A stretch of DNA of 64,000 nt from Candidatus Darwinibacter acetoxidans. GTDB lineage: Bacteria; Bacillota; Limnochordia; Darwinibacteriales; Darwinibacteriaceae. Made by a program: the position numbers and the translations under genes. The stretch lies in the NCBI GenBank assembly GCA_041936745.1, contig JBHGWS010000001.1:2951-66950 (forward strand), in the 5' to 3' direction. This document shows, in pieces, positions 20,378-30,958 of the stretch (within the stretch, counting starts at the first letter, position 1; the number at the start of each line of letters is the position of its first letter). The notes beneath the pieces were generated by a model. The model ran no database searches. It was not told the DNA's origin and saw only the letters and a program-made list of their open reading frames with translations.

Positions 20378-21113
20378 GTTCTTTTTAGAGAAAAGAGAAG
20401 AAAATGGCAGAGTGGAAATCAGCGGCCCCGACGCCCACCACATAAACTCTGTGCTCCGCCTGAAAGAAGGCGATACCATTGAATGTGTGGCGGAAACGGG
20501 CTTGGTTCACTTGGTAGAAATAACGGGGCTTGAGGCCGAGGTTGTTTTTGGCAGGATTAGAAAAACATTTGCAACCGATCAGGAACCCCCTCTTTACCTG
20601 ACTCTTTTTCAAGGCTTGGCCAAAGGCGATCGCATGGATTTTGCGGTGCAGAAAGCCGTGGAACTTGGGGCGGCGGAAATAATGCCTTTTACTTCCCGCC
20701 ACACTGTGGTAAGGTTAAAAGAAAAGCAAGCGCAAAACAGGGTGCACCGCTGGCAGCGGATCGCTCTGGCGGCAGCTAAACAATGCGGCCGGACCAGGGT
20801 ACCGCAGGTTGGGAAGATCTCCTCTTTTGCCGATCTTTTGGCCGAAGTGCAGAAGCGGAGCAGAGAAAAAGAGGTTGTTCTGCTGCCTTACGAAGGGGAA
20901 AGACAGTTGGGCCTAAAAGAAATTACAAACGCAAAGCCCCGCCGGGCCGGCGTTATTATCGGGCCGGAAGGCGGTTTCCACGAGGACGAAGTAAGGCAGC
21001 TGAAAGAAGGGGGAGCGGTTGTAATCAGCCTGGGCCCGCGCATTTTACGCACAGAAACTGCCGGTGTGGTGGCCCTGAGTTTGCTGGGATATAAATGGGG
21101 AGATTTAGGATGA
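20370..21113 (+). CDS. rsmE: 16S rRNA (uracil1498-N3)-methyltransferase RsmE. Start taken at GTG 20370.
   Basis: RsmE/YqeU-like sequence. RBS AAAAGGGTGAGG sits 6 nt upstream of GTG 20370. Confidence 0.8.
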   Translation: MARFFLEKREENGRVEISGPDAHHINSVLRLKEGDTIECVAETGLVHLVEITGLEAEVVFGRIRKTFATDQEPPLYLTLFQGLAKGDRMDFAVQKAVELGAAEIMPFTSRHTVVRLKEKQAQNRVHRWQRIALAAAKQCGRTRVPQVGKISSFADLLAEVQKRSREKEVVLLPYEGERQLGLKEITNAKPRRAGVIIGPEGGFHEDEVRQLKEGGAVVISLGPRILRTETAGVVALSLLGYKWGDLG

Positions 21114-22411
21114 ACAAGAAAAAAACGGTAGCCTTAACTACATTGGGCTGCAAAGTTAACCAATATGACACGGACGCGGTCTTGGCCCAATTTCTGGCGG
21201 CGGATTACGACGTCGTCGATTTTTCCCGCAAGGCTGACGTTTACGTGATCAATACCTGCACCGTAACTAATTTAGGCGATCGCAAATCACGGCAGATGAT
21301 CAGGCGGGCCCACAAAACGAACCCGGAGGCTGTAGTTGTGGTCATGGGCTGTTTGGCACAGACTTCCCCGGAGCAGATTGCTGAAATAGAGGGTGTCAAC
21401 CTGATTCTGGGTACGGATGGGCGCGGCGGTATCGTAGAAGAGATAGAAGGGTTGGAAAACAAGCAGACGTCACTGGTGGGCGACATTTTTCAAGTCGAGG
21501 ATTTTGAAGATCTGCCGGCCCTGGATTTTTCCGGCAGGACCAGGGCTACTCTGAAGATCCAAGACGGCTGCGATCAATTCTGCACTTACTGCCGGGTCCC
21601 CTTTGCCAGGGGCCCATCGCGCAGCCGCAGCCGGGAAAGCGTTTTAGAACAGGTAGACAGCATTATCAAAGCAGGTTATCATGAAATTGTCCTAACGGGG
21701 ATCCACTTAGGCCTGTACGGCCGCGATCTTAACCCACCGCTGACGTTAGAGGAAATCACGGGGCAGATTGCTGAGACGCCCGGCTTAAAAAGGCTGCGCA
21801 TCAGTTCGGTGAACCCCCACGAGATTACCCCCGGGCTTATGGATCTGATAACTAATCATCCCGTTGTCTGCCGGCATCTGCATATTCCTCTGCAAAGCGG
21901 CAGCGATGCTGTTTTAAAGCGGATGAAAAGGGATTATAGCAGCACTGATTTTCTTAATATCGTGAACAGGCTGCGCCGGGAGATTCCCGAAATAGCTATT
22001 ACTACCGACATTATGGTGGGGTTCCCCGGTGAAACTGAGGAAGATTTCGCAAAAACCGTGGCATTGGCTAAAAAGGCTGCTTTCAATCGGATCCATGTTT
22101 TCCGTTATTCCCGCCGGGCCGGTACGGCGGCAGCCCGCTTTAAAGGCCAAATACCGGGGCCGGTGAAGGAAAAACGAAGCGCACGTCTAATTGAGATAGG
22201 GGAAGCCATGGCCTTGGACTTCCATCTTTCCTTTGTAGGTAAAACTGTTTGGGTTTTGGTGGAACAGGTTGCTGGTGGCCTGGCAACGGGCTTGACTGAC
22301 AACTATATCCGTACAAGTCTGCCGTGGGCCGGCGGCGATGATATCATTGGCGAAATAGTGCCGGTTCAGGTAAAAAGTGCGGATCACGAAGGCGTGGAAG
22401 GAGGAAATTAA
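21110..22411 (+). CDS. mtaB: tRNA t6A37 methylthiotransferase MtaB
   Basis: MTTase N-terminal domain, radical SAM CxxxCxxC (CTYCRVP), and TRAM domain. Confidence 0.8.
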   Translation: MNKKKTVALTTLGCKVNQYDTDAVLAQFLAADYDVVDFSRKADVYVINTCTVTNLGDRKSRQMIRRAHKTNPEAVVVVMGCLAQTSPEQIAEIEGVNLILGTDGRGGIVEEIEGLENKQTSLVGDIFQVEDFEDLPALDFSGRTRATLKIQDGCDQFCTYCRVPFARGPSRSRSRESVLEQVDSIIKAGYHEIVLTGIHLGLYGRDLNPPLTLEEITGQIAETPGLKRLRISSVNPHEITPGLMDLITNHPVVCRHLHIPLQSGSDAVLKRMKRDYSSTDFLNIVNRLRREIPEIAITTDIMVGFPGETEEDFAKTVALAKKAAFNRIHVFRYSRRAGTAAARFKGQIPGPVKEKRSARLIEIGEAMALDFHLSFVGKTVWVLVEQVAGGLATGLTDNYIRTSLPWAGGDDIIGEIVPVQVKSADHEGVEGGN

Positions 22412-22756
22412 GTGGCTGTTGACTGCCTGTTTTGCAGGATCGCTGCGAAAGAAATGTCTACGGAACTGCTTTTAGAGACAGAAAACATTGTGGCCTTTCG
22501 GGATATTAACCCCGTGGCCCCCACCCATATTTTAATTATCCCCAAAAAACACATTCCAAGTCTGGCCCATTTGGACAAAACAGATCAAAGTATTATGGGG
22601 GAATTGGCATTGGCCGCCAGTGACTTGGCCCGCCGGGAGGGCCTGGACGATGGTTACCGCTTGGTAGCCAATACGGGGACTCACGGAGGCCAGACGATCT
22701 CGCATCTCCATTTTCACCTTTTAGGTGGGCGTTCTTTAAAATGGCCGCCCGGCTAA
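22412..22756 (+). CDS. HIT-family hydrolase
   Basis: Histidine triad HLHFHLLGG. Confidence 0.8.
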   Translation: MAVDCLFCRIAAKEMSTELLLETENIVAFRDINPVAPTHILIIPKKHIPSLAHLDKTDQSIMGELALAASDLARREGLDDGYRLVANTGTHGGQTISHLHFHLLGGRSLKWPPG

Positions 22757-22759
22757 ATA

Positions 22760-22788
22760 TTGACCGCCTGTTTGTAATAGATTATAAT
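22760..22788 (+). promoter_or_regulatory. sigma-A promoter of rpsU: TTGACC, 17-nt spacer, TATAAT
   Basis: Read directly from the sequence. Confidence 0.5.
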
Positions 22789-22830
22789 TAATATGATATC
22801 ACGCGAAGGCATTGGAAGGAGGGAAATTCG

Positions 22831-23013
22831 ATGGCGGAAATCAAAGTGGGTAAGAACGAATCCCTCGATAATGCTTTGCGCCGTTTCAAGAGGCAGATCA
22901 GGATGTCGGGTGTTTTATCCGAGGCCCGGAAGAGAGAACACTATGAAAAACCCAGTGTAAGAAGAAAGAAAAAATCCGAAGCGGCCCGGAGGAGGAAAAG
23001 AAGAAGATACTGA
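22831..23013 (+). CDS. rpsU: 30S ribosomal protein S21
   Basis: [22 protein letters not shown]... Confidence 0.9.
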   Translation: MAEIKVGKNESLDNALRRFKRQIRMSGVLSEARKREHYEKPSVRRKKKSEAARRRKRRRY

Positions 23014-23026
23014 CAGACTGCTAATA

Positions 23027-23059
23027 GGCTCGATGTCTCACGATATCGAGCCCTTTTTG
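23027..23059 (+). terminator. rpsU terminator
   Basis: Stem ggctcgat/atcgagcc followed by CTTTTT. Confidence 0.5.
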
Positions 23060-23074
23060 AAAGTGGGTGAGAAT

Positions 23075-24367
23075 ATGAGTGGGATGAAAAAAAGGTTTGT
23101 GCTGGTAATTATCAGCCTGCTCTGCCTGGCTGTCCCCGCGGCGGCTTTGGCAAAAGTCTCGGTGTATTCCCTGCCCATCAAGGGGGAAATAGAACCGGGC
23201 TTGGCGGAATTTGTGGCGCGGGGGTTGGCCTTGGCCGAAAAAAACAACGGCGTTTTGCTGCTTGAAATCAACACTTTCGGCGGCCGGGTCGATGCGGCGA
23301 CAGAAATCAAAGACATGTTAGTGAGGACTAAAACGCCGGTGATCGCTTACGTCAGCGAACGGGCTTGGTCCGCCGGTGCTTTAATTACCCTTGCGGCTCC
23401 CCAAGTTGGCATGGCGCCGGGCAGCAGTATCGGCAGCGCGGAACCGAGGCCGTTGGACGAAAAGACCGTCTCAGCTTTAAAGGCAGAATTTGAGGCAACT
23501 GCCCAGCGGGTCGGCCGCGACGGGAAAGTAGCCGCGGCCATGGTTGATGCGGATGTGGAGATTGAGGGGTTGGTGGAAAAGGGCAAGATCTTGTCTTTAT
23601 CTGCCAAAGAAGCTCTGGAGTGGGGTTTTGCCGACGTTATCGGTCAAAACAACCACGAAATCCTAACCTATTTCGGTTACGATGAATATGAGATAATACA
23701 TGTAACACCTCATTGGGCAGAACGGATAGCCCGCTTTTTAACCACTTCTACGGTGAGTTCACTTCTTTTAACTTTGGGATTCTTAGGCTTAGTAGTTGAA
23801 ATTACTACCCCCGGTTGGGGTGTGCCGGGTACGGGGGGAGTAGTTGCCCTTCTTTTGTTCTTTGGCGGGCGCTATTTGACCGGCTTGGCGGGTTTCGAGG
23901 AAATCGGCCTTTTTATTTTAGGTATCGTATTGTTGGCCCTAGAAGTTTTTGTCATTCCCGGTTTTGGACTGGTGGGTATCTTAGGCATTTTAGGTATTGT
24001 TTCCAGTATTATCATGGTCTTCGGCAACCTGCAGGCGGCACTTACGAGCCTTTTCATTGCCCTTTTAGTCAGCATTATAGCTTTAGTCTTTCTTTGGAAG
24101 AACATTAAGAAGACGAAATTTTGGCAGCGGCTGGTTTTGTTCCACTCCGAAAGCAGGGAGGAAGGTTACCGGGGAGGCGTGGATCATTCTAATCTTTTAG
24201 GCGTTAAAGGAAGAACTTTGACACCCCTGCGGCCGGCAGGGCGCATGGTAGTAAACGGCCAGCGTTTTGACGTGGTGTCCGAAGGGAGTTTTATTGCCGC
24301 AGATGCTCTTGTGGAGGTTGTTTTAACGGAAGGAACCCGCATAGTGGTTCGAGAAGTAAATGAATAA
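23075..24367 (+). CDS. nfeD: NfeD-family membrane-bound ClpP-class protease (YqeZ-like)
   Basis: Signal peptide, ClpP-like serine protease domain, TM segments, and C-terminal OB-fold. Adjacent to floA. Confidence 0.7.
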   Translation: MSGMKKRFVLVIISLLCLAVPAAALAKVSVYSLPIKGEIEPGLAEFVARGLALAEKNNGVLLLEINTFGGRVDAATEIKDMLVRTKTPVIAYVSERAWSAGALITLAAPQVGMAPGSSIGSAEPRPLDEKTVSALKAEFEATAQRVGRDGKVAAAMVDADVEIEGLVEKGKILSLSAKEALEWGFADVIGQNNHEILTYFGYDEYEIIHVTPHWAERIARFLTTSTVSSLLLTLGFLGLVVEITTPGWGVPGTGGVVALLLFFGGRYLTGLAGFEEIGLFILGIVLLALEVFVIPGFGLVGILGILGIVSSIIMVFGNLQAALTSLFIALLVSIIALVFLWKNIKKTKFWQRLVLFHSESREEGYRGGVDHSNLLGVKGRTLTPLRPAGRMVVNGQRFDVVSEGSFIAADALVEVVLTEGTRIVVREVNE

Positions 24368-24388
24368 AAGGATTGGAGGGATTTTAGG

Positions 24389-25390
24389 ATGCAAGTATTA
24401 TTTGCCGGCTTACCATTATTGATTATAATTGTAGTGCTGATCTTGTTTTTCAGTTTCGTACCTGTGGGCTTATGGATTTCTGCAATTGCTGCAGGCGTTG
24501 ATGTGGGTTTAATCACCTTAGTAGGAATGCGGCTGCGCCGAGTTGCACCGGCCAGGATTATCCTCCCCTTTATTAAAGCCCGTAAAGGCGGGGTGGAAAC
24601 AACTATCGACAAGCTGGAAGCACACTACTTGGCGGGAGGTAATGTAGATAACGTGGTGGATGCCTTAATTGCCGCTCACCGGGCTGATATCACCCTGACC
24701 TTTGAGCGGGCCGCGGCCATTGATCTTGCGGGCCGGAATGTTTTAGAAGCAGTCCAAATGAGTGTTAACCCCAAGGTTATCGAGACGCCTTTAATTTCCG
24801 CTGTCGCTAAAGATGGAATTGAGTTAAAAGCGAAAGCCAGGGTGACGGTGCGGGCAAACATTGACCGCTTAGTAGGCGGTGCCGGTGAGGCAACCATTAT
24901 TGCCCGTGTCGGTGAAGGTATTGTAACCACAGTCGGTTCCAGCAGCAGCCATGCGGAGGTTTTGGAAAATCCCGATAAGATTTCCCGGGTGGTCCTTAAC
25001 AAAGGCCTTGATTCGGGTACCGCTTTTGAAATTTTGTCCATCGATATCGCCGACGTTGACGTAGGTAGGAATATCGGCGCCCGCCTCCAGATGGATCAGG
25101 CGGAAGCCGATAAAAACATCGCCCAGGCGAAAGCGGCCGAAAGGCGCTTTGCCGCTCACGCCAGGGAACAAGAAATGAAAGCATCCGTGCAGGAGATGCG
25201 GGCGCAGGTTGTCCAAGCAGAGGCAGAAGTACCGAAAGCGCTGGCGGAAGCCCTGCGGGAAGGAAATCTGGGTGTGATGGACTATTACAGCATGCGCAAT
25301 ATCATGGCGGATACGGATATGCGGGAAAGCATCGGCCGGGAAACAGAAGGCGTAGATGACACTCCCGGCGGCGAAGAGCCGGTCAAGTAG
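24389..25390 (+). CDS. floA: Flotillin-like protein FloA (YqfA)
   Basis: UPF0365/FloA family sequence. NfeD-FloA operon. Confidence 0.8.
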   Translation: MQVLFAGLPLLIIIVVLILFFSFVPVGLWISAIAAGVDVGLITLVGMRLRRVAPARIILPFIKARKGGVETTIDKLEAHYLAGGNVDNVVDALIAAHRADITLTFERAAAIDLAGRNVLEAVQMSVNPKVIETPLISAVAKDGIELKAKARVTVRANIDRLVGGAGEATIIARVGEGIVTTVGSSSSHAEVLENPDKISRVVLNKGLDSGTAFEILSIDIADVDVGRNIGARLQMDQAEADKNIAQAKAAERRFAAHAREQEMKASVQEMRAQVVQAEAEVPKALAEALREGNLGVMDYYSMRNIMADTDMRESIGRETEGVDDTPGGEEPVK

Positions 25391-25400
25391 GTGAGTGAAA

Positions 25401-25760
25401 ATGCGCAGCGTTTTTGCCTTGATGATCAATATCCTGGTGGTTTTGCTCATCGGCGGGCTCAATGTCCTTATGCGGTATTTGACGCAGAAACAAAGAGGGC
25501 GGCCCGTTGTAAGGCAGGAGGCACCGGAATCCATTCAGCTTACGGATCAAGAACCGGAAGAGTATTTTGAGGATACCGTCCCGGAAGAGGCTCCGGCCAC
25601 TTTGTTTCAAGCAGAAGACTGGGAACTGCCCGTCAGTGAAAAAACGGCCGGCGTGAGAAAGCGCAGGCTTAAACCGGGGCCGCAAAAATTAAGGCAGGCA
25701 GTAATCATGTCCGAAATTATCAGGGAGCCCAGGGCACAAAGGCCCTGGCCCAGGCGGTAA
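25401..25760 (+). CDS. Small membrane protein, YqfB-like
   Basis: Single TM helix and acidic, P-rich tail. The position after floA matches Bacillus yqfB. Confidence 0.45.
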   Translation: MRSVFALMINILVVLLIGGLNVLMRYLTQKQRGRPVVRQEAPESIQLTDQEPEEYFEDTVPEEAPATLFQAEDWELPVSEKTAGVRKRRLKPGPQKLRQAVIMSEIIREPRAQRPWPRR

Positions 25761-25778
25761 GTAGTGTTATTGACTTCA

Positions 25779-25816
25779 AGAAGGTTAGGCCTGACAGGGT
25801 CTAACCTTCTTTTTTA
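25779..25816 (+). terminator. Rho-independent terminator
   Basis: Stem agaaggttag/ctaaccttct followed by T6. Confidence 0.6.
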
Positions 25817-25847
25817 ACGCATAAATTTAGGTGAGAGGGGGAAAACC

Positions 25848-26126
25848 ATGAAGCCTGTTATCAGACAGACGGTAAAAAAACGGTTTGCCCGGGCTTTAGA
25901 TCTGCCCGATGCGGTGGTCTTAGATTACGCCACCGTTGAACTCATCGGTGATGGCGAAGCCCGCATCCTTAACCATAAAGGATTACTTAAATACACCAAC
26001 AAGTGCGTTAAAGCCCGCTCTTTGCAGGGGGTAATCAATGTTGAAGGCAGGGAGCTATTAATCCAGTCCTTTTCCTCCCGGGAAATCCGTATTCAAGGCA
26101 GGATCTGCCAGGTGATGCTGCAATGA
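25848..26126 (+). CDS. yqfC: Sporulation protein YqfC
   Basis: YqfC family sequence. Confidence 0.75.
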   Translation: MKPVIRQTVKKRFARALDLPDAVVLDYATVELIGDGEARILNHKGLLKYTNKCVKARSLQGVINVEGRELLIQSFSSREIRIQGRICQVMLQ

Positions 26127-27295
26127 GAACAGACTTCTGGTATTGGTTAAGGGGCTATGTAACTTTTCGGCTGAAAGGGCCCGGCTTAGAAAGGCTTTTG
26201 AACAAAATTGCAGCTTTAGGCATAGTGCTTTGGCAAGTGGAGCGCCTGACGGAAGATACAGTGATAGCCCGTTTGGAATTGGCGGAATTTCGCCGGCTGC
26301 GGCCGCTTCTTTGGGGTACTAAGGTTAGGCTGGCTGTCTTTGACCGCCACGGCTTACCTTTTTTCTTAAAAAAAGTAAAGCCTCGGCTTTTTCTCTTAGT
26401 GGGGATGTTTTTTTGTCTTTTACTCATTTTCTATTTCGCCGGTTTCATCTGGTTTATCGAGGTCAGCGGGGGAGAGACCGTCCCCCCCGGGGAGCTGGCG
26501 GCACTGGCCAAAGAAGCGGGCCTCTATGTGGGGGCGAGAAAAAGTGGGTTTTCCCCCCGGCTTTTGGAGACAAAACTTTTGACAAGCTTTGATTCTTTAG
26601 TTTGGGCCCAGGTGATTTTAAAAGGAGTTAAAACCGAAATAAGGTTGGCTGAGCGTACCAAGCCTAAAGAAGATCATACAAGCCAGGGCCACATCTACGC
26701 AGATAAACCCGGTTTAATAACGGAGGTTTTAGTTCTAAGGGGTACCGCGGCAGTACAGGAAGGGGAGACGGTACAGGCGGGAGATCTTTTGATCTCCGGG
26801 GAATACTATGATGCGAAAGGGCAAAAGCAGTTCGGCCGGGCAGACGGGATTATCCAGGCCCGGACTTGGTACCGCTCTTTTGGTGAGGCGTCCTTTGTTG
26901 ATTGGGAAGCGATAAAAACGGGTGTGAAGCATACTCAATATTTACTGCGTTTGGGCCCCTTTCTGCTGCCGGTTGGCAGAAGCCGCTCTTTGACAAATCA
27001 TCTTAAAAAGGAAAAAGAATGGTGCCTGCCTTTGGGAAAAGCGCTGTTTCCTTTAGCGTGGATTAAAGTAGATTACGAGGAAGTGCAGTACGTAAAAAGG
27101 CCCCTATCAGAAGAAAAGGCCCGTCAGAGCGCCTTGGAGGCCGCCAGGCGCCGCCTGCGGGAAGCGGGCATCGATCCGAGCCGAATCCTCCAGGAACGCT
27201 TGGAAGAACAGGCGATTCCTGATGGGGACGGGCTGAGGATTTCCCTCTTTGTCGAGGTGAAAGAAGAAATTGGCGAGTTTGCGGCAAACGAATGA
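26123..27295 (+). CDS. yqfD: Sporulation protein YqfD
   Basis: YqfD family sequence with TM segments. ATGA overlap with yqfC. Confidence 0.75.
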   Translation: MRTDFWYWLRGYVTFRLKGPGLERLLNKIAALGIVLWQVERLTEDTVIARLELAEFRRLRPLLWGTKVRLAVFDRHGLPFFLKKVKPRLFLLVGMFFCLLLIFYFAGFIWFIEVSGGETVPPGELAALAKEAGLYVGARKSGFSPRLLETKLLTSFDSLVWAQVILKGVKTEIRLAERTKPKEDHTSQGHIYADKPGLITEVLVLRGTAAVQEGETVQAGDLLISGEYYDAKGQKQFGRADGIIQARTWYRSFGEASFVDWEAIKTGVKHTQYLLRLGPFLLPVGRSRSLTNHLKKEKEWCLPLGKALFPLAWIKVDYEEVQYVKRPLSEEKARQSALEAARRRLREAGIDPSRILQERLEEQAIPDGDGLRISLFVEVKEEIGEFAANE

Positions 27296-27300
27296 TTTAT

Positions 27301-27329
27301 TTGCATCTCACCCCCGTTTTGCTTATAAT
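27301..27329 (+). promoter_or_regulatory. Candidate sigma-A promoter for phoH: TTGCAT, 17-nt spacer, TATAAT
   Basis: Read directly from the sequence. Confidence 0.45.
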
Positions 27330-27364
27330 AAGTGCATAAGACAAAACAGGGGGACTGTTAAAGT

Positions 27365-28315
27365 TTGAGTCAAATATTACACCTTCGGGATAATGAACAG
27401 GCGCAAATTGTCAGCGGTAAGAGGGATGAGAATTTGCGGCTTGTGGAATCAGCTTTAAATGTGAGGATTGTACCTCGTGGCTTGGAGCTTTTAATTACCG
27501 GTGCCGATGATGCGGTAGCTAAAGCAGCGCAGGTTCTAAAGAACATCGCTTCTTTAGGGCCCCATCTGACCAGCCACGATGTTTATTATGCGATAAAGCT
27601 GAGTGAAAACGGCGATTTCACTGCTCTGCACGAGCTGAGCTCGGGGGTCGTGGTCAGTACTCACAGGGGACGCCAAATCAGGCCCAAAACAGCGGGCCAG
27701 CGCCTGTATATCGAGGCAATGCAGCAGAGCGATATTGTCTTTGCCATTGGGCCTGCGGGCACCGGTAAGACGTATTTGGCCATGGCTATGGCCGTTGCCG
27801 CCTTAAAAAGAAAGGAAGTGGAACGGATTATCTTAACTCGCCCGGCGGTAGAGGCGGGAGAGCATTTGGGTTTTTTACCCGGTGATCTGCAGGATAAAGT
27901 CGATCCGTATTTAAGGCCCCTTTATGATGCTTTGTTTGACATCCTGGGCCAAGAGACTTATCAAAAAAACAGAGAAAAAGGCATAATAGAAGTTGCCCCC
28001 CTAGCTTATATGCGGGGTCGGACACTTGATGACAGCTTTATAATTTTGGATGAAGCACAAAACTCCACTCCGGAGCAGATGAAAATGTTTTTAACACGCT
28101 TGGGGTTTGGTTCGCAGGCTGTTGTTACGGGGGATATTACTCAGGTAGATCTGCCCGCGGGCAGGGTTTCGGGGTTGATTAAGATCCGTAAGATCTTAAG
28201 AGATGTGGAAGGGATTTACTTTTGCTATTTAGACGAAAGCGATGTAGTGCGTCATCCGTTAGTGCAGAGGATTATACAAGCATATGATGCCTACGAGGAG
28301 AAATCCCGCTACTGA
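27365..28315 (+). CDS. phoH: PhoH-like ATPase, with a TTG start
   Basis: Walker A GPAGTGKT and PhoH C-terminal domain. Confidence 0.85.
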   Translation: MSQILHLRDNEQAQIVSGKRDENLRLVESALNVRIVPRGLELLITGADDAVAKAAQVLKNIASLGPHLTSHDVYYAIKLSENGDFTALHELSSGVVVSTHRGRQIRPKTAGQRLYIEAMQQSDIVFAIGPAGTGKTYLAMAMAVAALKRKEVERIILTRPAVEAGEHLGFLPGDLQDKVDPYLRPLYDALFDILGQETYQKNREKGIIEVAPLAYMRGRTLDDSFIILDEAQNSTPEQMKMFLTRLGFGSQAVVTGDITQVDLPAGRVSGLIKIRKILRDVEGIYFCYLDESDVVRHPLVQRIIQAYDAYEEKSRY

Positions 28316-28326
28316 GGGGGAGCAAA

Positions 28327-30519
28327 GTGAAACGCAAAAATGAGAGTTGGGTCCGGAAATTCCGGGATCTGATAGTGGAAAAAACATCGGTACGGCAGTG
28401 GCTTTTAGGTGTTGGCATAATTTTAGCCGTTTTAGCCATACTGCTTTTTAATTTTTTTTCCACTAATATCAGTGTGGAAGTAGGCCAAGTCGCAAAAAAA
28501 GACCTGGCTGCCCCGCACACGGCCGTCAACGAGAGAAAGACAGCCGCTTTGAAAGAAGAAGCGGAACGGCAGGTTCTTTTGGAAGTAACGGAAGATCCTG
28601 ATTACTACGATATAAATGAATCAGTTGTCTTAAAGGTGGAAGAAGACCTGATTGGAATTTTCAACCTGCTCCGTTTGAGCACTGCAACAGGTTTGCCTGT
28701 TCAAAACGGAGAAGGCGGCGAAACTGAGGGGGACGGCGAGCCAGAAGCCCCCTTAACTATTTCTGAAGTGGACAGGCGTTTAATCAGGGATTGGAAAATA
28801 GAAATTCCCGATTCGATCTTAAAGGCCGTCAGCGAACTCAGCCTCTCCGAATTCGATCATTTCGCCCAAACCGTTACCGATCTGGTTTTGAAAACCATGG
28901 ATGAGCGGATCAGTGAAGATGGGTTGCGCGATGCCAGGGATGAGTTCGAGATGAGAGTACGGGAGCAAAAACTTGCCTCCAGCTTAATCCAAGGGGCGAC
29001 AATTATCGGCCGCCATTTAATTGAACCAAACCTGGTTTTGAATACGGAAAAAGTCAATAAAGCGAGGCAGGCCGCCGTTGAATCCGTGGAACCTGTTTTA
29101 ATTATGCAGGGTGAAATCATTGTCCGCCAGGGCGATGTTGTCAGGGCTGAACATGTGGAGATTTTAAGCGATGTCGGTTTAATTAAAACGGGGCCCGATT
29201 ACCCGGTGCTTTTAGGCCTAGTCTTACTTGTCGGTGCATTGACGGGTGTCTTCGGCACTTTCCTTTACCAAAACCGCCTGGATATTTTACAAAACGAACG
29301 CCTTTTAGCTTTAGTCGGTTCGGTGATTTTAGTTATGCTCTTTTTAGGCAAACTGTTTACCATGATCGGCTGGGCCCAGGCGCCTTTTTTGCACCCTTCC
29401 GCTTTAACGGGCCTGCTTCTAACTCTTTTAATCGATTCACACGTGGCGGGCATGGCAACTTTCGTTTTAGCCGTCCTTTTAGCTGTGATTAACGATTTCA
29501 GCTGGTCCATCGGCATCTTGTCCCTGATCAGCGGCCTAACGGCGGTCTTAAGCGTCTCTAAAGTCAGCCAGCGGGGGGATTTGATGCGGGCAGGCTTTAT
29601 TGTGGGCGGGGTTAACTTTTTAACCATGGTCACCTTAGGCCTGGTGGCCAAAGAGAGGGCGTTAATTATTCACAGCTACTTGGGCCTTTTAAGCGGTGTC
29701 TTGGCTTCTGTTGTGGCTATAGGCATTCTGCCCTATTTGGAGAGCGTCTTTAAAATTACATCAAGTATCCGCCTGTTGGAGCTGTCTAATCCCAACCATC
29801 CTCTGCTGCGCAGGTTGATGCTGGAAGCGCCCGGTACCTACCACCACAGTATCTTAGTGGGGAATTTGGCGGAAGCGGCTGCGGAAGCAGTCGGCGCGGA
29901 TGGGCTTTTGGCCCGGGTCGGTTCTCATTACCACGATATCGGTAAACTGAAACGGCCTTACTTTTTCGTTGAAAACCAGGTGGCCGGGGAAAACCCCCAT
30001 GATAAGATTGCCCCTTCGCTGTCTACTTTGATTATCACTTCGCATGTGAAAGACGGCTTAGAGCTGGCTCACGATTTTAAGCTGCCTGAACTGGTAACGC
30101 AGTTTATTGCCCAGCACCACGGCACTGATTTAGTGCGCTATTTTTACCATCGGGCTTCGGAAGCCAACGAAGATGGGTCAGTGGAGGAAAAAGACTTCCG
30201 CTACCCCGGGCCCAAACCCCAGACCAAAGAGGTGGCCATTGTTTCGCTTGCCGATGCCACTGAAGCCGCCGTCCGGTCTTTATCCAAGCCCAACCCGGGT
30301 AAAATAGAGGGTTTAGTGCGCAAGATCATCAAGGATCGGCTCAACAGCGGTGAGCTGGACGAAAGCGATCTTACTTTTCAAGACTTGGATAAGATAGCTG
30401 CTGCATTCGTTAAGGTCATCGTGGGCATGTTTCATTCCCGGGTCGAATATCCGGAGCAGATCACTAAAGAAGACATTGAAGGGAAGCGGGCGCGCAATGC
30501 AGGTGGTAATAAGAAATGA
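28327..30519 (+). CDS. pgpH: 7TM-HD (HDIG) membrane phosphohydrolase PgpH/YqfF, a c-di-AMP phosphodiesterase family member
   Basis: Extracellular domain, 7TM region, and HD domain (HYHDIGK). Confidence 0.85.
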   Translation: MKRKNESWVRKFRDLIVEKTSVRQWLLGVGIILAVLAILLFNFFSTNISVEVGQVAKKDLAAPHTAVNERKTAALKEEAERQVLLEVTEDPDYYDINESVVLKVEEDLIGIFNLLRLSTATGLPVQNGEGGETEGDGEPEAPLTISEVDRRLIRDWKIEIPDSILKAVSELSLSEFDHFAQTVTDLVLKTMDERISEDGLRDARDEFEMRVREQKLASSLIQGATIIGRHLIEPNLVLNTEKVNKARQAAVESVEPVLIMQGEIIVRQGDVVRAEHVEILSDVGLIKTGPDYPVLLGLVLLVGALTGVFGTFLYQNRLDILQNERLLALVGSVILVMLFLGKLFTMIGWAQAPFLHPSALTGLLLTLLIDSHVAGMATFVLAVLLAVINDFSWSIGILSLISGLTAVLSVSKVSQRGDLMRAGFIVGGVNFLTMVTLGLVAKERALIIHSYLGLLSGVLASVVAIGILPYLESVFKITSSIRLLELSNPNHPLLRRLMLEAPGTYHHSILVGNLAEAAAEAVGADGLLARVGSHYHDIGKLKRPYFFVENQVAGENPHDKIAPSLSTLIITSHVKDGLELAHDFKLPELVTQFIAQHHGTDLVRYFYHRASEANEDGSVEEKDFRYPGPKPQTKEVAIVSLADATEAAVRSLSKPNPGKIEGLVRKIIKDRLNSGELDESDLTFQDLDKIAAAFVKVIVGMFHSRVEYPEQITKEDIEGKRARNAGGNKK

Positions 30520-30958
30520 GCAGGCCGAATATCCCATGGAGGAATATGAAGCCCTGCTCACGAAGTCCTTTCAGGTACTGAAGGCCCTAGAAGGCTTAGA
30601 GGGCCCCATTGAAGTCAGCATTCTTTTTGTAACTGAAGAGGCAATGCAGAGCCTCAACCGCAGGTATCGCGGGATCGATGAGCCTACCGATGTTCTTTCT
30701 TTCCCCCAGGAAGGGGACGCTGACTTTTTCCCCAACGTCGGCCTGCCCCGCAATTTGGGGGACATTGTCATTTCCCCCAAGAGAGCTTACGGGCAGGCGG
30801 CGGAATTTGGCCACAGCGTCAAGCGGGAAATCACTTATTTAGCCGTACACGGCCTACTGCATCTGCTCGGTTACGAACACGATACGCGGGAAAAACAGGC
30901 CCGGATGCGCAGCCGGGAAGAGGCGGTATTACGGGACTTGGATTTGGGGAGAGGTTGA
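30497..30958 (+). CDS. ybeY: rRNA maturation endoribonuclease YbeY
   Basis: HGLLHLLGYEHD zinc motif. Confidence 0.85.
   Translation: MQVVIRNEQAEYPMEEYEALLTKSFQVLKALEGLEGPIEVSILFVTEEAMQSLNRRYRGIDEPTDVLSFPQEGDADFFPNVGLPRNLGDIVISPKRAYGQAAEFGHSVKREITYLAVHGLLHLLGYEHDTREKQARMRSREEAVLRDLDLGRG

Noticed and set aside
20783-21094. 103-aa Arg-rich ORF inside rsmE in another frame
   Set aside because: It is wholly embedded in a conserved gene and is a GC-skew frame artefact.
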